DNA of 63,751 nt, counting the filler, from Dugesia japonica (taxonomy: Eukaryota), in the NCBI GenBank assembly GCA_001938525.1. It is 6 parts of 6 records of this genome, joined end to end, with 100 filler letters (N's around TTAATTAATTAA, not from the genome) between each part and the next. Parts side by side here need not be neighbours in the genome. Positions count along the whole stretch, not along the records: positions 1 to 11,334 come from MQRL01388101.1; positions 11,435 to 22,206 come from MQRL01505650.1; 4 more parts are not named here. One strand, given 5' to 3'. Below, in pieces: positions 1-13,588 of the stretch. How positions within the stretch are numbered: position 1 is the first letter of the stretch; every line of letters begins with the position of its first letter. The position numbers and the translations under genes were made by a program. Under the pieces are notes generated by a model. It was not told the origin of the DNA. It ran no database searches and saw nothing but the letters and a program-made list of their open reading frames with translations.

Positions 1-930
1 CTTGAAATTTAAAAAATTTCGGTAAACTATTCAAAAATTTGAGGAAAATTTATGTAATACACATAAATGTGTGCTACCGCCTATTTACATTAGAAAATTT
101 TGAAACATTTATGTAATAATTTTTACACACGATGGATGGTTATTGTGCTGTTTCAGTGCGCCAGTGTCTCCTTACTATCATACAAGCCAATTAGATTGGA
201 TTATATTCGAAAATCTGAAAGAAAAAATCTTAGACGGAAAATACTGTTGAAGATCTCAAGTTGCATAAAAACGTAATCATAGAAGAAGTTAATGTTTTTC
301 TGAAGCTCGTCAAACAAATACTTTTTATAATCAATTAAATCGATAACGTCTTTCTTTGGATTTAACATTTTGACTTTGACAACTCTTTTTTATGTTTTGT
401 TTAAAGATTTGAATTTTATAAACTAAATATATTGTGTGTGTATGTGTGCCTTAAATAGGATATCGATGTGGTCTGGNNNNNNNNNNNNNNNNNNNNNNNN
501 NNNNNNNNNNNNNNNNNNNNNNNNNNNNNNNNNNNNNNNNNNNNNNNNNNNNNNNNNNNNNNNNNNNNNNNNNAATTAGAAATAGTTTTAAAAAAACTTT
601 GCTTAAAAATAAGGATAAATTAATAAAAATAAATTAAATATTTCTGTTCTTTGTTGAAAAACATGATCAAATATAAATAAATAAATAAATATAAAAGTTC
701 ATGAAAATGTTTTACTATAATAAAAATCCAGAATCAAATCGAGAGATGAATCATAAGAGTTATTCATTTCTGAATATAAAAATAAAATTATAAATAATAA
801 TATAAAATATTTTATAAATTCAAATAAATATTCTTTGTTAAAATGATAAATGTTGAATCAAAAGAATAAATTACAAATTGCTAGCGTATCGTTATTTGAT
901 TATTATAAAATATTATATATTATATTATAT

Positions 931-1850
931 AGGGTTATCAAATTACAGCTATACCATATTTTTAAAATGAAATAAAAAGAAAACTGTATAAGATATCAAT
1001 GTGATTTATATTTATATTAAATATTGGTTCATAACATTTTTATTAAAAATTGATTTCTTGCAAATGATCATCTGTGAATGTTTTTGGAAATGCGATTCTG
1101 GTATACCAATTTTCGGCAAATTCTTTACACAAGTAAGCATTAATTCCACAAAAGACGCGATTAATGTTGGTTTTCAGGTCATGCGTGTTTGTGGTTTCTT
1201 GGTGTAAACAAATGATTTAACGTAACCCCAGAGAAAGTAGTCTATTGAATTAGATCGCATGATCTTTGTGGCTAGTTCACATTGGCATTTCTTTAGATAA
1301 TTCGTCCAGGAAACTTTTTTCTTAATAAATTGATTGTGACACCATCTTTTTGAAATCACATTTTTTCCAGATCAAAATCTTGTAATTCATGCCATAAAAA
1401 TCGGTAATCATGTTCATTTAGCATTCTTCATCCACATTAACTGCGTCGCCATTTTTATTTTCAAAGGATTGCGGGCCAATTACACCTCCAGATTATAAAG
1501 CACGTCAAACTGTTACTTTTTGGTTATGTAAAATTTTTTCAAGAATGGAATGTGGGTTTTACGTACTCCAAATTTGACAATTCCGTTAATTTAACTCGAA
1601 TCGTTGAATAGGATTTCTTTCAATGAAATAGTGAATTTCTTTAAAGTTGCTCTAAAGAACAATCTGCAAAATTTCTACGCAGTAAATAGTCATCTGGTGT
1701 AAATTTCTTGAGTTAACTGAATCTATGACGCCTTGAAATTCAGATCTTTATGAATAATATACCATGTTGTGCCATACTAAAGTCCAAGTTTTTCAAAACA
1801 ATATGGAATTGATTGTTCCGGTTTTTCATCCAAACTCTTATTTACAGAAT
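931..1850 (-). pseudogene. Tc1/mariner-superfamily transposase remnant
   Basis: Minus-strand fragments GGVIGP.., ..FQKDG.., RSNSIDYFLWGYVKSFVYTKKP match the mariner/Tc1 C-terminal 'SPDL.P.D.FLWG.VK..VY' block. Multiple stops and frameshifts; boundaries approximate. Confidence 0.75.
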
Positions 1851-3799
1851 TTATTTAAATAAAAGCTTCGATCAAAATTTTTTTTTTTGGTCTTTGATAA
1901 TAATTCGATTTTTTCGACTTTGTTTTCTTCAGGAATCGACTTTTTGATTCATTCAATATTAATTTTTATAATAGTATGTTTTCTATGAATTAATTTATTT
2001 TTACTAAATTTTAATTGGGTAATTTTAATTTTTTTAATTTAATTATTTATTTAAAAATTTGATTATTTATTTAATTAAAATTTTAATTAAATTACATAGA
2101 TTTTATGATTGTCTTCTTTAATTAGTAGTTCTTCATGTTTTAGTGTAGAAATGTAGCCTGTTTCTAGTGTTTTTCTTTATTTAAAGCACCAATATTTACA
2201 ACAAAACGCTTAATTTTTAGACGAATTGGATTTTTCACATCACAAGCAATACTATTTGATTCGAATCCTTTAATTTCATTACAAATAGTAAGCTCTGTAG
2301 GTCGATTATTTTTACCACAAATTTTACGACATGAACGAAACGTAACTTTCTTGATTATATCATTTTCTTCAAAAATCTTTGATTGATCTTTTTTTCTATT
2401 TCAATTGTGTTCAATACTCTTGTTTTAATCTTTCCTTTTTAGCATCTGATTGTGACATTTGACATTGTACAAATACCTCACATCTTGGTCTAGATAACAT
2501 ATCTGCATTACCGTATTGAATTCTTTATCTATATTCCAAAACCATGTCTAAACTACTCAGATAATTAATCCATGTCTGGAATTGTGACGTAATTCGTTTC
2601 TTCGTCCTAATCATGAAAATTAGAGCTATATGATCTGTTCTAAGAGTAAATCTTCTACCGTACAAGTAATGTTTGAAATGCATACNGAAATAATAAACAG
2701 CCAATAATTCCTTTCTTGTGTTGCAATATCCCTTTTCATGACTCATCATCGAGTGTGATCCATAAGCAACAACTCTTTCTCTTCCTTCTTTATCTCTCTA
2801 TGACAATACTGCTCCCATTGTATCAAAACTAACATCTGCATATAATATAAATTATTTTTTTATGTCTGGAAAACACAATATTGTTGTAGTCATTAGAGTT
2901 TTCTTCAGATCCTCAAAAGTATCGTTTATTTCATCTGTCCATTCTAATTTCTTGTTGATTGGTGAGCTACACAACTCTTCTAAGATTCTTGATTTTCTTC
3001 TGTCGTTTTTTTATAAACTTCTCGTAGTAATTACAAATTCCTAAGAAACTTCGTAACTTCTTCACACAGTTAGGTTTGCCAAATGTTTTTATTGCTTCTA
3101 TTTTAGACGGATAAGTTCTGTTACTGTCCCTGTTAATTATGTGTCCAAGAAATTTTATTTATCTTTGAAGAAACTGACACGTTTCTGGATTAATTCTTAA
3201 ACCAACCTTCATTATTTCCGTCAATACTTTGTCGATTACTTCATAGTGTTGATGTTTATTGTTCGTAAATATCAAAATTCATCGAGATAAACTATGGCTC
3301 CATTGATTTCGCTTACCAATTTGTCATCATCTCGTGAAATGTAGCTGAAATATTTGGCTCCATCTAACTTTTCCAGCTTTTCATTGACATTAGCATCGAA
3401 AAGGCTTGTCTCTTCGTTACTGCATTCAATTGTTTGAAATCCAAACATATTCTTATGTCTTTTTTTTCCTTTTTTCAATCACAGATCAGTGAGATATTTC
3501 ATGGAGAGCTGCATTTCCGGGTAATATTTCTCAAACAGGTTCTGGATGGCTTCTTCAATTTTAGATTCTAAATTCATTGGTTGCCTGTACAGTTTTAAAT
3601 TGATTGGTTTACCATTTGTGATTTTTTTGTGTCATGTTAGATGTGTGCATCCTACATCCCATTTATCTGCCATAAAAGCATCTTCTTTACTTTCAATTAT
3701 TTTCAATAACCGTTGATCCAATTTAATCTTCAAAGTATTTAAGGCTCTTGTCAATTGCATTTCTTTTTTAATTTGCATCTTATAATTTGTTTTTCCCAA

Positions 3800-5050
3800 C
3801 AGCTGGAAAACTTTCAAAACAATTCTTATACCGAAACCAGGTAAAGAAGGTCAATATGAAAACATCTCATCAGGGAGACCAATTTCACTACTCTCTGTCA
3901 TTTATAAACTATTTGCTGTTATTTTAACAAGATGACTAAGCTGCTGGGTAAATTATAACAATCTCTTACACCTCAATCAGACGGGAGGTTCAGAATTTGA
4001 GGGGTGCATTGAACACAACTCAATTCTAATAGCTGCCTTAGAGCACTCTAAATCTAGTAAAAATCGCCCAATTGCGATTGCATGGCTTGACAAAAAGGAT
4101 GCTTTTGGTAGTGTTCCACACTGTTATTTATGAGCATTGCTACAATATCTTAGGGTTTAAAATGACTTTGTTAACATTCTAGAACTTCTATACTTTGATA
4201 CATCCTCATTTTATACTTGTAGTTCAATAGTTACAACAAACATTCCGATCAGAGAGGAGTCAAGCAGTCAAACCTATTATCTATGATCTTATTAAATTTG
4301 GCGATCAATCCAGTTCTCCAATCAATTAATGCATCCGACACAAAACCTTTTATGATGAGTTCATCAAAAATTCAGACTCTTGCATATACAGATGATTTGG
4401 CACTCGTTGCAACTAATACTGAAGACCTTTATAAATAATAAATATAGCAATAGAAACTGCAAGAATTATTGGATTTGAATTTTGTCCTGATAAATGCGCT
4501 TATCTTTAACTACCTCAAACCAACTTTGTCAGCGAAATCTCTATAAATGATAAAAAAATTAAAACATTAGCTACAAAAAAATTTTTATCAATATCTTGGC
4601 GTTCCGGTCAGAGATAGAAATGACAAAAGTCTTTAAGAGACGATACAACAAGTCATTGATGATTTAACAAAAATTGCTGATACAGACTTATTAGAACGGC
4701 AGAAGCTAAATGAATACAAATTATTCCTACATTCTAGACTCACATTTGCATTCCAAACGCGCGAAATCAAAATAAGCGCCCTTAGCAATCCTCAGAATAT
4801 TCCAAATGTCAGTAACAACAATACCAGTAAAGTTCGTTTCCAACTTAGATGTATATTATATCTTCCAAAACGATTTGAAATTATTTACTTCTACAATTCA
4901 ACCGAAAATGAAGGAGCTGCTTGCGTCGATCTGTTGGATGAATATCGAACTCCATGTGTTGTGCAATATTTTAAATTACTCACCTCAAGAAGCATGTACA
5001 CAAACAAAATCAATATAGACTCCTTGTGTCTCACAGCAAGTCCAAGAATA
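3800..5050 (+). pseudogene. Non-LTR retrotransposon reverse transcriptase fragment (NeSL/Utopia/R2-like RLE clade)
   Basis: Manual translation: WKTFKTILIPKPGK..RPISLLSVIYKLF..EGCIEHN..IAWLDKKDAFGSVPH..RGVKQ..LAYTDDLALV..YQYLGVP. Contains stops and frameshifts. Confidence 0.8.
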
Positions 5051-5593
5051 AACAAATTAATTTGTCTAATAAATTTTGCTTCAATATTACAAAGGTCATT
5101 TTCAATATTTTTAACCTTTTGCATAAGCTGATATCCAAAGTTCTTCTGCCTATTTTTTCCTTCTATCAGACCTGGTGTCACTATTCGACAACTAAGAAAG
5201 TAATCTCTTTNNAAACTTCATCAATTATCACTCCAGTTCTAACTTTCCCGACAATTTCAAGTGTACTATTTTTGCACAAAGCAATCTTTCATCACTCATT
5301 TCTAAATGTAGTTCTCGTAATTTATTAAAACAAATCAAACTCATAACGTTAATTTGAGCCCCTGTATCTAATAAACATTTGACTTTATTTCCTTAAATTG
5401 ATAAATAAACACTTGTTCTGCTTTGCAATTTATGATACTAAATATTTTTTTCTGTTCTGCTTCAATTTTTCAAACCCATTCTACTGTTATATTGTCCACA
5501 AAATTTTTCCTTTTTATGAACCTGTATACTTTTTCTGTAACTTTCCCTATATCATCCACTTTTTGACTCCTTGAAGATAATTACTAACTTCAT

Positions 5594-6004
5594 TTAACAA
5601 TGGATGGTTCCAACCAACTCCTCTACTGGTGGAGCCCCGTCTTTTGGGTACTGCTTTTCGGAATCACTTTCATATGCTTCCTCATATCCATAGTTGGTAT
5701 TGCCATCTTCATCTTCAATCGCATGTACTCGATTATATCGGTTTCTTGATTTTTCTGCAGTTGTAAATGTCTCATTTGTTCTTTTCATTTTTAAATTTGT
5801 GTAGCACTCTTCTGCTCTGTGTCCATCATTACCACATCGCTTACACCTCACTTCTTGACATAACCTTCTAATATGACCAACCTTTCCACAACCAAAACAT
5901 TTTGTTGGTTTCTTGTTTGGATAATCTTGACTTATATGTCCGGGTTTATGACAACTCCAACACTCTACCACTATTTTTGTCGAAAAATCTTTTAGCATGA
6001 CCAA
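5594..6004 (-). pseudogene. gag: Gypsy Gag nucleocapsid region with three CCHC zinc knuckles
   Basis: CWSCHKPGHISQDY (degenerate), CFGCGKVGHIRRLC, CKRCGNDGHRAEEC. Confidence 0.8.
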
Positions 6005-6659
6005 TCTTGTGACATAATCAATATTCGATATTTTGTTTTTCCTTTCTTTGTTCCTTATGTCTATTCACTGTATGATTTACAGGTTTCTGATAATTTTGAT
6101 TTGTAACTCTCGCGTAATTTATAACTACATAAACTCGATCTCGGTTTTTCTCTACTCGATCTACTAATGTCATTGTTTCTTCAATTTCTTCTGTATTCTC
6201 TTGTTTCCGCAAAGTCACTTCTTCTTTAACTTTTCTGTTATCTGAACATTATACTAGCATCTTTGCTACTATTATTTCTTCAGTAAAATCTTTATTTGTA
6301 AATTAATATATTAAAAACTCAGTGGTGTGTGTTTGTTTCTTTGTTTGCTTTTATTGCAAAATTTATTAAAGTTTGAAAGATTTGAAAAATTTAATGAAAA
6401 TATTTCAGAAAACGAACAAGAAAGTATTCAAAAATGATTAAATTTCAAGATACATTTAAAATAAAAGCTTCGATTAAAAGTTTGATTTTTTATTGAAATT
6501 TGATAAAAATTCGATATTTTGACCTTGTTTTCGTCAGGAATTGATTTTTTTCAAATTCAATGATTTTAATTTTAAAAATTTTAATGAAAATTTTAAAACT
6601 TTCAATGAAAAATATTTTCAAAAAGAACAGTAAAAATTGATGAAAGCTGATAACTTAAA

Positions 6660-8879
6660 AACCGAGAGCTTTGGACCATACAGCGTCAGTAATCCTCACT
6701 CTCCATGCATAAAGAACAGTGTTTGCAAAAGTAAATTTCCGAAAGACTTCAGCGAAGTTTCAATACCAAATGTCAGCGGCTATGATGTCACCGAAGTGAA
6801 CGAGCTTTAGTCTGAGATGTATGCATAGGCAACTATTCTGTCGTAGCGTACATCCCTAATCTCTTGCTGAAGTACAACGAGTAAATAAACGTTGAGGTCT
6901 GCATATCTTTGTTAGCCATTAAGTGCATTTAGAATCACATTTCAAAGGCTTCTAATGCGCAAACTTTGCAGTTACTTCAGATGGAAACCAGTTGCTTAAA
7001 TACGACGAAATCACCATTTTTCTTAACTACCGTTTGCTTCAATCACCCTGTAAGTTCTATTGATCTGTTGGAGCAGTTCAACGATGCCTTTATTCTTGAC
7101 TTTTTGCTATCAATGTCAGATGAGATGGCTTTAAATCATACATTGCACGCTATCAAAAATACTCTCAAACAGATTGGCGTCATGTTTGATGTCAACATTA
7201 TTTAGTGAAATGCTCTAGTTGAAAGGGCGCTTATGACATTGTACAAGAGGCATATATTGCGCAAATCATCATCAATAGACTGAACGACAGGCAGAGACAG
7301 GCTTTCGACACGATTCAACATGCTCTCGATTTTGAAGATTAACTAGCTCATTGCTTCTATCTTGACAGGCCAGATATGACGCTTTTATGATTCTTGCGAA
7401 GTCTTGATCATATGTAAATTCATTTGCGACAACCGGCATTGCAGCAACGCTTTTGAAAGAAGATAGAACAGTTAATACATTCCGTTCTTTTTCTGGACAC
7501 TTCTTTTTCCTCGATGCGTTCGGCATCAAGTGATGCTTCAGTTTTGCATGATGCAACGCTTGTCAAAATTGATGAAGTCATGATATTTCCTATGAAAGGT
7601 CTTAGATGCATCGATTTCTTGCTTCACGAGATAATGCAGAACGATTGGGCATTTATTGGCAAAGTAATTATTGTTGGTGATGATTTTCGTCAGACTTTGC
7701 CTGCTTTTCCATGAGGTACCTGAGATGACATCATTGATTGTTGTATTAAGTCAAGTTCATTATTGTACCACATGCAGCGCAAAGATCAGCAAGAGCCTAA
7801 TGAGTGGCTTTTTGAGGTTGATAAAGAAACTCTTTTTAAATTTATTGCTCTTTGGGATCCAGAACTCATCCAAGTTTTTCCAGCTATGATTGCAAATGGT
7901 AGCTTAATCGATAATATTTTTGGCAAAAGTCTTTGAAACCTAAGTCATAACCAGTTGTTGAACAGAGTAATCATCGCTCTAACTAATTGTGCAAACTCTA
8001 GAGATGAATTGCCAAATAATTTACCAACTTCCATGAGAGCCTGCAATTTAATACGGGGCTGATTCATTCATATTTGAAGATCCTGTCGATGCTATGAATT
8101 TCACTACCGAACTTCTCAACAAGGTGACTCCATCCATAAGAATGGAACTATTATTATGCTGTTGAAAATTTTGAATCCGAAGAAGAGTTTATCTCGGAAT
8201 GCAATCACTAGACAAATTATTTTTAAGTGTAATCGGGGTAATGTAGTCATAGTTCCTACAATTATTCTTGCACCCTCCGACACTTTCTTGCCATTTGACT
8301 TACGTTGAGGTCAATTTACGGTGACTCCCGCGTTCTGAATTACCATAAACAAATCCCAATGCCAAATATATGACATGGTGTGAATTGACCCGCAACTTCC
8401 GGTATTCAGCTACGGCCAACTTTATCTTGCTTTTTCACGTGATCGCAACGGCGACCATATTAAAATTAAAATTTTACAATCATAGGAGCAAGGCCAGTTG
8501 CTGAAAGACGATCGAGAATTCATTCGCAACATAGTCTATAAGAAGTCTTCTACATATAACTTCAGATATATGACTTCAAAAAGATTTCAATAAAATGATC
8601 AAAACAAGAGCAGACTGAATGTCGAAGAATATCAATAAATGGTGGTGAACATGATCAAGCGACTTTCTGAAGAAATCGAAGTCAAATAAGGTAAATGGCT
8701 GATGGGAATATNAACGCTGACATGAGATCCGTTGGACAACAAGAAAAAGAGCAAAGAAAAACGAATTAGATAAAAATTATGTGCATAAATAAAATTTAAT
8801 TCAAAAATATTTCTGCAAATGTTTTTTTCTACATACTTTCTTTGATCACGCGGCGCCTTGCCGCTCAGAAAATACCTAG
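6660..8879 (+). mobile_element. Helitron remnant (PIF1-like helicase pseudogene) with intact 3' end
   Basis: Fragments ATTGIAATLL, IDEV, GDDFRQTLP, ITINKSQ.Q, VFSYGQLYLAFSR. Subterminal hairpin GCGGC-GCCTT-GCCGC (8850-8864), then CTAG|T terminus (8876-8879). Confidence 0.88.
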
Positions 8880-10099
8880 TTATAATTAGTTATATAATAT
8901 ATTGATAATTTATCTGATTTTAGTTAAATTGCGCTCTTTAATTATTTTATTATTTGGATTTCCAGCGTAGTTATAAACTATAAATATAAAATTATGGAAA
9001 TAATGAATTATAAACTATAAATATGAAATTATGGAAATAATGAATTATAACTGGGAATCCATTTGGTAAATTTAGTGAACTAATGGTCGAATCTTTATTT
9101 AAAAAATAATATTTTAAATTTCAAATTTCTTCATTTAAAAACGCATAATTTGACTCTATTTACAAGTTTATATTCATTTGAATTGATACATTTAAACAAT
9201 TAAATATTTTAATAAATACTTATTTCAAACTTCTATTATTAAAAGATTCAAAACAATCTTTGAAATAATAATGTCCTTACGGCACGTTTTAACATGTTAA
9301 CTGTCAGTTTTCTAAGAAATGAAAATGAGCTTTTTATTAAAATTCTGATTTCCAGTGGATTATAAATATTGAATTAAGACATAAAATGTCTTATCTGAAC
9401 ATTAATTATTGTAATAATTAATCTAATCATAACACATAACTTTAAATAAACTCTTCATAAATTTTTAAATATTTTTTAATTTGATACTGTGATAATATAT
9501 TCATAAAACAAGTTGTTCTTACAAATGCGGTCTGTAAATATATGAATATTATCAAAATATAAATAATTCATTTAATATCATCATTTTTAAAACCAACAGG
9601 GCTTTCTTTATATACGTTGTTCGTTTCCTAATTATCGGATCATACATTTTTTTATTATGTATGCAAAAGAGTCTCATACTTTAACTACTAGGTAGCACGA
9701 ACTTACTGGCTTTTTTGTCCGAGGATATTGTACGGGGGGATATTGTTCTTATACCATTTTTACTAGTTTGTTTGTAATAAAACATGACTTTTGGATTGTT
9801 TCATAGTTGTACTAAATACTGTGAGAGAAATATCCAGTTTAATACTTATTGATGACATTTTATTCAGAATTGTTATTATTAATACAGAAAGGGTCTCATG
9901 TTTGATTTCTTTCAATGATTTCATTATTTCACCATTTAAATGATCATTTAACTAATTTGACTAGAAGGACTGCTTTTAGCTCAAATTATTTCCATGAGAA
10001 TTTTTGTACTGTTCGATTAACATGTACTGTTTTTGAGTGTCGTGTACTTCTTATTCAGTTTTTACCCAAAATACACATTTCTAGGAAAATTTATAAATA

Positions 10100-10413
10100 C
10101 TAGATGAAATTGGCATGTGTGTACCAGAAACAAATGCAACTTTAGAAAAAATGTTTTCTATGACTAATGATTTCGGGAGAAATGAAATATCTAGATTGAA
10201 TATTCAAATATTATCAGCAGTATCAGCAGTCAAGATCAATTTAAACATTTACTGTGAATTATTATTGAATGTTCTAAGAGAAAATGATAAATTATTATGA
10301 AATGTAAAATATATTTATATAAATAAAATTTATTAATGTTAATTTTTTCTCTTATTATTATATTATCGCCATCAAGAAACGTATTCTTTTACGTTTTCAT
10401 AAAAGTGGTCACT
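10100..10413 (+). pseudogene. hAT transposase C-terminal dimerisation-domain remnant
   Basis: CVPETNATLEKMFSMTNDFGRNEISRL resembles hATC 'P.TNA.VER.FS.M......R.RL'. TIR-like GTGGTCACTCT near 10406. Confidence 0.55.
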
Positions 10414-11269
10414 CTTCTTTAACTGATTCAAATTGATGNNNNNNNNNNNNNNNNNNNNNNNNNNNNNNNNNNNTTGAAATTAAGATTTGAATTATATTGC
10501 GGTCAGAAATGAAAAGAAATCGATTTTAACTTTTTTTTTAAAAAAAACCTTTTTAAATCGTTTCAATTTTCAAAATTTAGTTTAAAATAAAAAATTAAAA
10601 ATTAATTTGTTTTAATTCAGTTTAAGATGAAGCATTTGATAAGAAAGAAAAACTGATAACAAATCCTCATTTGTTGAAAAACCCAAATTCGAATATTTGA
10701 TCATTTATTTAGATTATTCCTAATATTTATTCTTTATCAACTAAACAATAATTACCAATAATTATCAAATTAACTCAAAACCGAATATGATAAAGTCGAA
10801 ATTCTGAATATTTTTCGTTTTAAATAGTTTTAAAAAATTGCAATTTTTTTTAATTTTCTAATAGAAATTTTCTTTTCCAAATTCTTATATTTGTGCAGTT
10901 GTAATAGTTCAATTTATCACAATCGATATTTTATCAATATGGAAATTTTCCCATTTTATCTTGAAATATTATGAATAGACAAAGAGATTTCTCGTAAATT
11001 TATCTTTATTTTCATTTATATTTTTTCAAAAATTTTACCTCATTGCACACGATGTTCCACATGGATAAAGATTCGCACAATAATATTTGTTTGACTTGTA
11101 TCTGGCAAAACAATGCAAATCATGAAAACAGCTAAATTTGGGTGTACAATTTATCGCAGTGTTGTGTACCCACTTTTTCAATCGAGTATTCCATGGCAAT
11201 CCATCTAGGGAAATACCTTTAATGTAAATAATAATTATTGTTCAAGTAATAATGATAAATTTATTATTA

Positions 11270-11277
11270 TTAATAAT

Positions 11278-11334
<57 letters not shown>
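11270..11334. repeat. (AAT)n microsatellite; similar tracts at ~22307-22371, 46180-46236, 50200-50340, 61270-61314, 62613-62897
   Basis: Visible perfect trinucleotide runs, frequently abutting gaps. Confidence 0.95.
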
Positions 11335-11378
11335 NNNNNNNNNNNNNNNNNNNNNNNNNNNNNNNNNNNNNNNNNNNN

Positions 11379-11390
11379 TTAATTAATTAA
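11379..11390. other. Artificial scaffold linker TTAATTAATTAA within 44+44 Ns (also 22251-22262, 37084-37095, 45800-45811, 54737-54748)
   Basis: Identical palindromic 12-mer with stops in all six frames, centred in 100-nt spacers, five times. Confidence 0.95.
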
Positions 11391-11551
11391 NNNNNNNNNN
11401 NNNNNNNNNNNNNNNNNNNNNNNNNNNNNNNNNNAATCTTCACTGGAAAACTAAATATAATTATTTTTATCTTAACAAGGAAACTGATGAATTGTTAGAT
11501 GATCTTTTCTAATGGGTCCCTCTGGGCATATTATGATGAAACTGACCTATT

Positions 11552-12889
11552 CTAAGCTTCGCGTGCCGTTGGTTGTTGAGCCTTTTCTAAGTTTTGTGTA
11601 TAATTATTAAATTCTTCTAGTGTGATTTTTCCTTCTTCAAGTTCTTTTTCCTTTTCATATATTAAATTCATTTTCCTAGNNNNNNNNNNNNNNNNNNNNN
11701 NNNNNNNNNNNNNNNNNNNNNNNNNNNNNNNNNNNNNNNNNNNNNNNNNNNNNNNNNNNNNNNNNNNNNNNNNNNNNNNNNNNNNNNNNNNNNNNNNNNN
11801 NNNNNNNNNNNNNNNNNNNNNNNNNNNNNNNNNNNNNNNNNNNNNNNNNNNNNNNNNNNNNNNNNNNNNNNNNNNNNNNNNNNNNNNNNNNNNNNNNNNN
11901 NNNNNNNNNNNNNNNNNAATTTGTTTTCCAATATATAAATTAGTTTTCCAAATTTTAATATTTTCATTTATATTTTCCAGATTACTATTATCATTTTTAG
12001 GTAACATTATTTCATTTAAATCTAATGAAACTGGCAAATTATTATTTACAAGTGATTTTGAAAATAAACGAAAAAAATCACTATTAACTTCTAACATTAC
12101 ATCTTTAAAATCATCAGGAACATTATTCATATTAAACAATTCATCATCAGTATTTGTTTCCTCTATGGATCTTGTTTCAATTTCAGATATATCATCTAAA
12201 CTTCCATTTAACTCATCTTTTATTGTTAATGTTTCTTCATCTAGTATTTTATTTATCATTTCACTAGTTAATTTTTCACTTTCTTCTCCTTCTGCCTCGT
12301 GGTTTATTATAGCATCTATACATATTTAATCTAATATTTCCCTTATTATTTCCTCGGTTTTAGTTAGACATATTTCATTCTCTCTTCCTTGATATCTCAT
12401 AATTTCTTCATGAGTTTTTCTATATTCATTTTTTTCAAATAATTCAAAATTTTTTCTACAGATTTTACAAGTTATAATCATAGTCTTTTTATTAAATAAA
12501 TTAATATCATGCTTACACTTTTTATCATTTTTGAAATAATATTTTATATCCCATAAATAAGCCCAATAATTATTTTTTCTTTCATATTTTCTATATTTTC
12601 TTATAAATTTTTTATTATACTTTATTTCCGCTAATTCTTTATTTTTAAATTGAATTAATTTTAATAAACATTCTGTTTTAGTTGGTTTTTCACGAAATTC
12701 TAAATTAAAACCTGGTTCAATAACAATATGTAAAAAATCTCCATTTTCAGGATTTATTGTTACAAATAATTTTTTAATTTTTTTTATTAATTTTTCAATT
12801 TTACTATTATATTTTACAATTTTACAATCACACTCATCTTCACTATAATGAGAACATCCACTATCACTATCACTTTCAGATGTAGACAT
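11552..12889 (-). CDS. Hypothetical Polinton protein(s): 187-aa Lys-rich ORF with CxxC plus 235-aa acidic ORF, in frame across a single TAA at 12326-12328
   Basis: ORFs 12326-12889 and 11552-12259 share a frame (..REILD*ICIDAIINHEAEGEESEKLTSEMINK..). No recognisable family; internal gap. Confidence 0.55.
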
Positions 12890-12961
12890 TTTTATATAAT
12901 AATAATTTAATCATACATAACTGTTCGCATGCGAACAATTTCATATTCCAAGTTTCATGTG

Positions 12962-13573
12962 TCATTGTATTCCAAGTTTCAATTTCATTTCATTAATAAC
13001 TTTATTTTGATTTTCAAGTAACAATTTTATATCTTTACTCTGGCTCGCTTCGCTTGCATGTTTATGATTTGATATCAATTCATGTACATCAGAAACCATT
13101 TTCTTAGAAATACTTAACTCTTCATCTGTTAAAATTTCATCATGAACTGCTTTCTGTTGAAATANNNNNNNTTTATTTTTAACACATTCAAGTTTAGTTA
13201 TTAATTTTGAATATTTTTCTTTTCTAGATTTAACAAATGAAGTGTTCATTGTTCCAATTATTGGTAAAACTGAAATTGCACCTGTAATAACTGGTATTCC
13301 AATTCCAGTAATTGCAATTCCAATTGGAGTTATAAATATAATACCAGCCACTCCAATTCCAGCACTTAATAATATTTGTGTATATTTAATTCCAGTATCA
13401 ATTTTATTCCATCTTTTTTCTAATTTCTTATAATGTTTAATTTTATCTTTAATATAATACAAATCATTTTCAAAATCTTTAATTCTAGTTAAAGCAAGTT
13501 TATTTTTTAAATCATGAATAGTATATTCATTGTCATTACTCAGACTAGGATAAATATTTTCTCCTTCAATCAT
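12962..13573 (-). CDS. Putative membrane protein of Polinton/adintovirus type (two hydrophobic Gly-rich segments, C-terminal coiled coil)
   Basis: N-terminal IYPSL, hydrophobic ILLSAGIGVAGIIFITPIGIAITGIGIPVITGAISVLPIIG, and KAVHDEILTDEEL resembling the 'SKAL.DG.IS.EEF' motif recalled from Polinton accessory proteins. Confidence 0.65.
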   Translation of the reverse strand: MIEGENIYPSLSNDNEYTIHDLKNKLALTRIKDFENDLYYIKDKIKHYKKLEKRWNKIDTGIKYTQILLSAGIGVAGIIFITPIGIAITGIGIPVITGAISVLPIIGTMNTSFVKSRKEKYSKLITKLECVKNKXXXFQQKAVHDEILTDEELSISKKMVSDVHELISNHKHASEASQSKDIKLLLENQNKVINEMKLKLGIQ

Positions 13574-13588
13574 GCTTCGCTATTTTCT

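Larger units (their letters stand above)
2400..6300 (-). mobile_element. Degenerate Ty3/gypsy LTR retrotransposon (gag-protease ... RT-RNase H), interrupted by a non-LTR fragment
   Basis: gag CCHC knuckles (5594-6004), protease KCLLDTGAQIN (~5340-5385), RT fragments (3000-3800), RNase H 'YCNTRKELLAVYYF..HFKHYLYGRRFTLRTDH' (2525-2749). Many disablements. Confidence 0.85.

Noticed and set aside
11379-11390. Recurrent palindromic TTAATTAATTAA as a biological motif
   Set aside because: Always centred in 44+44 Ns; it is a six-frame-stop scaffolding linker, so adjacency across it is not evidence of linkage
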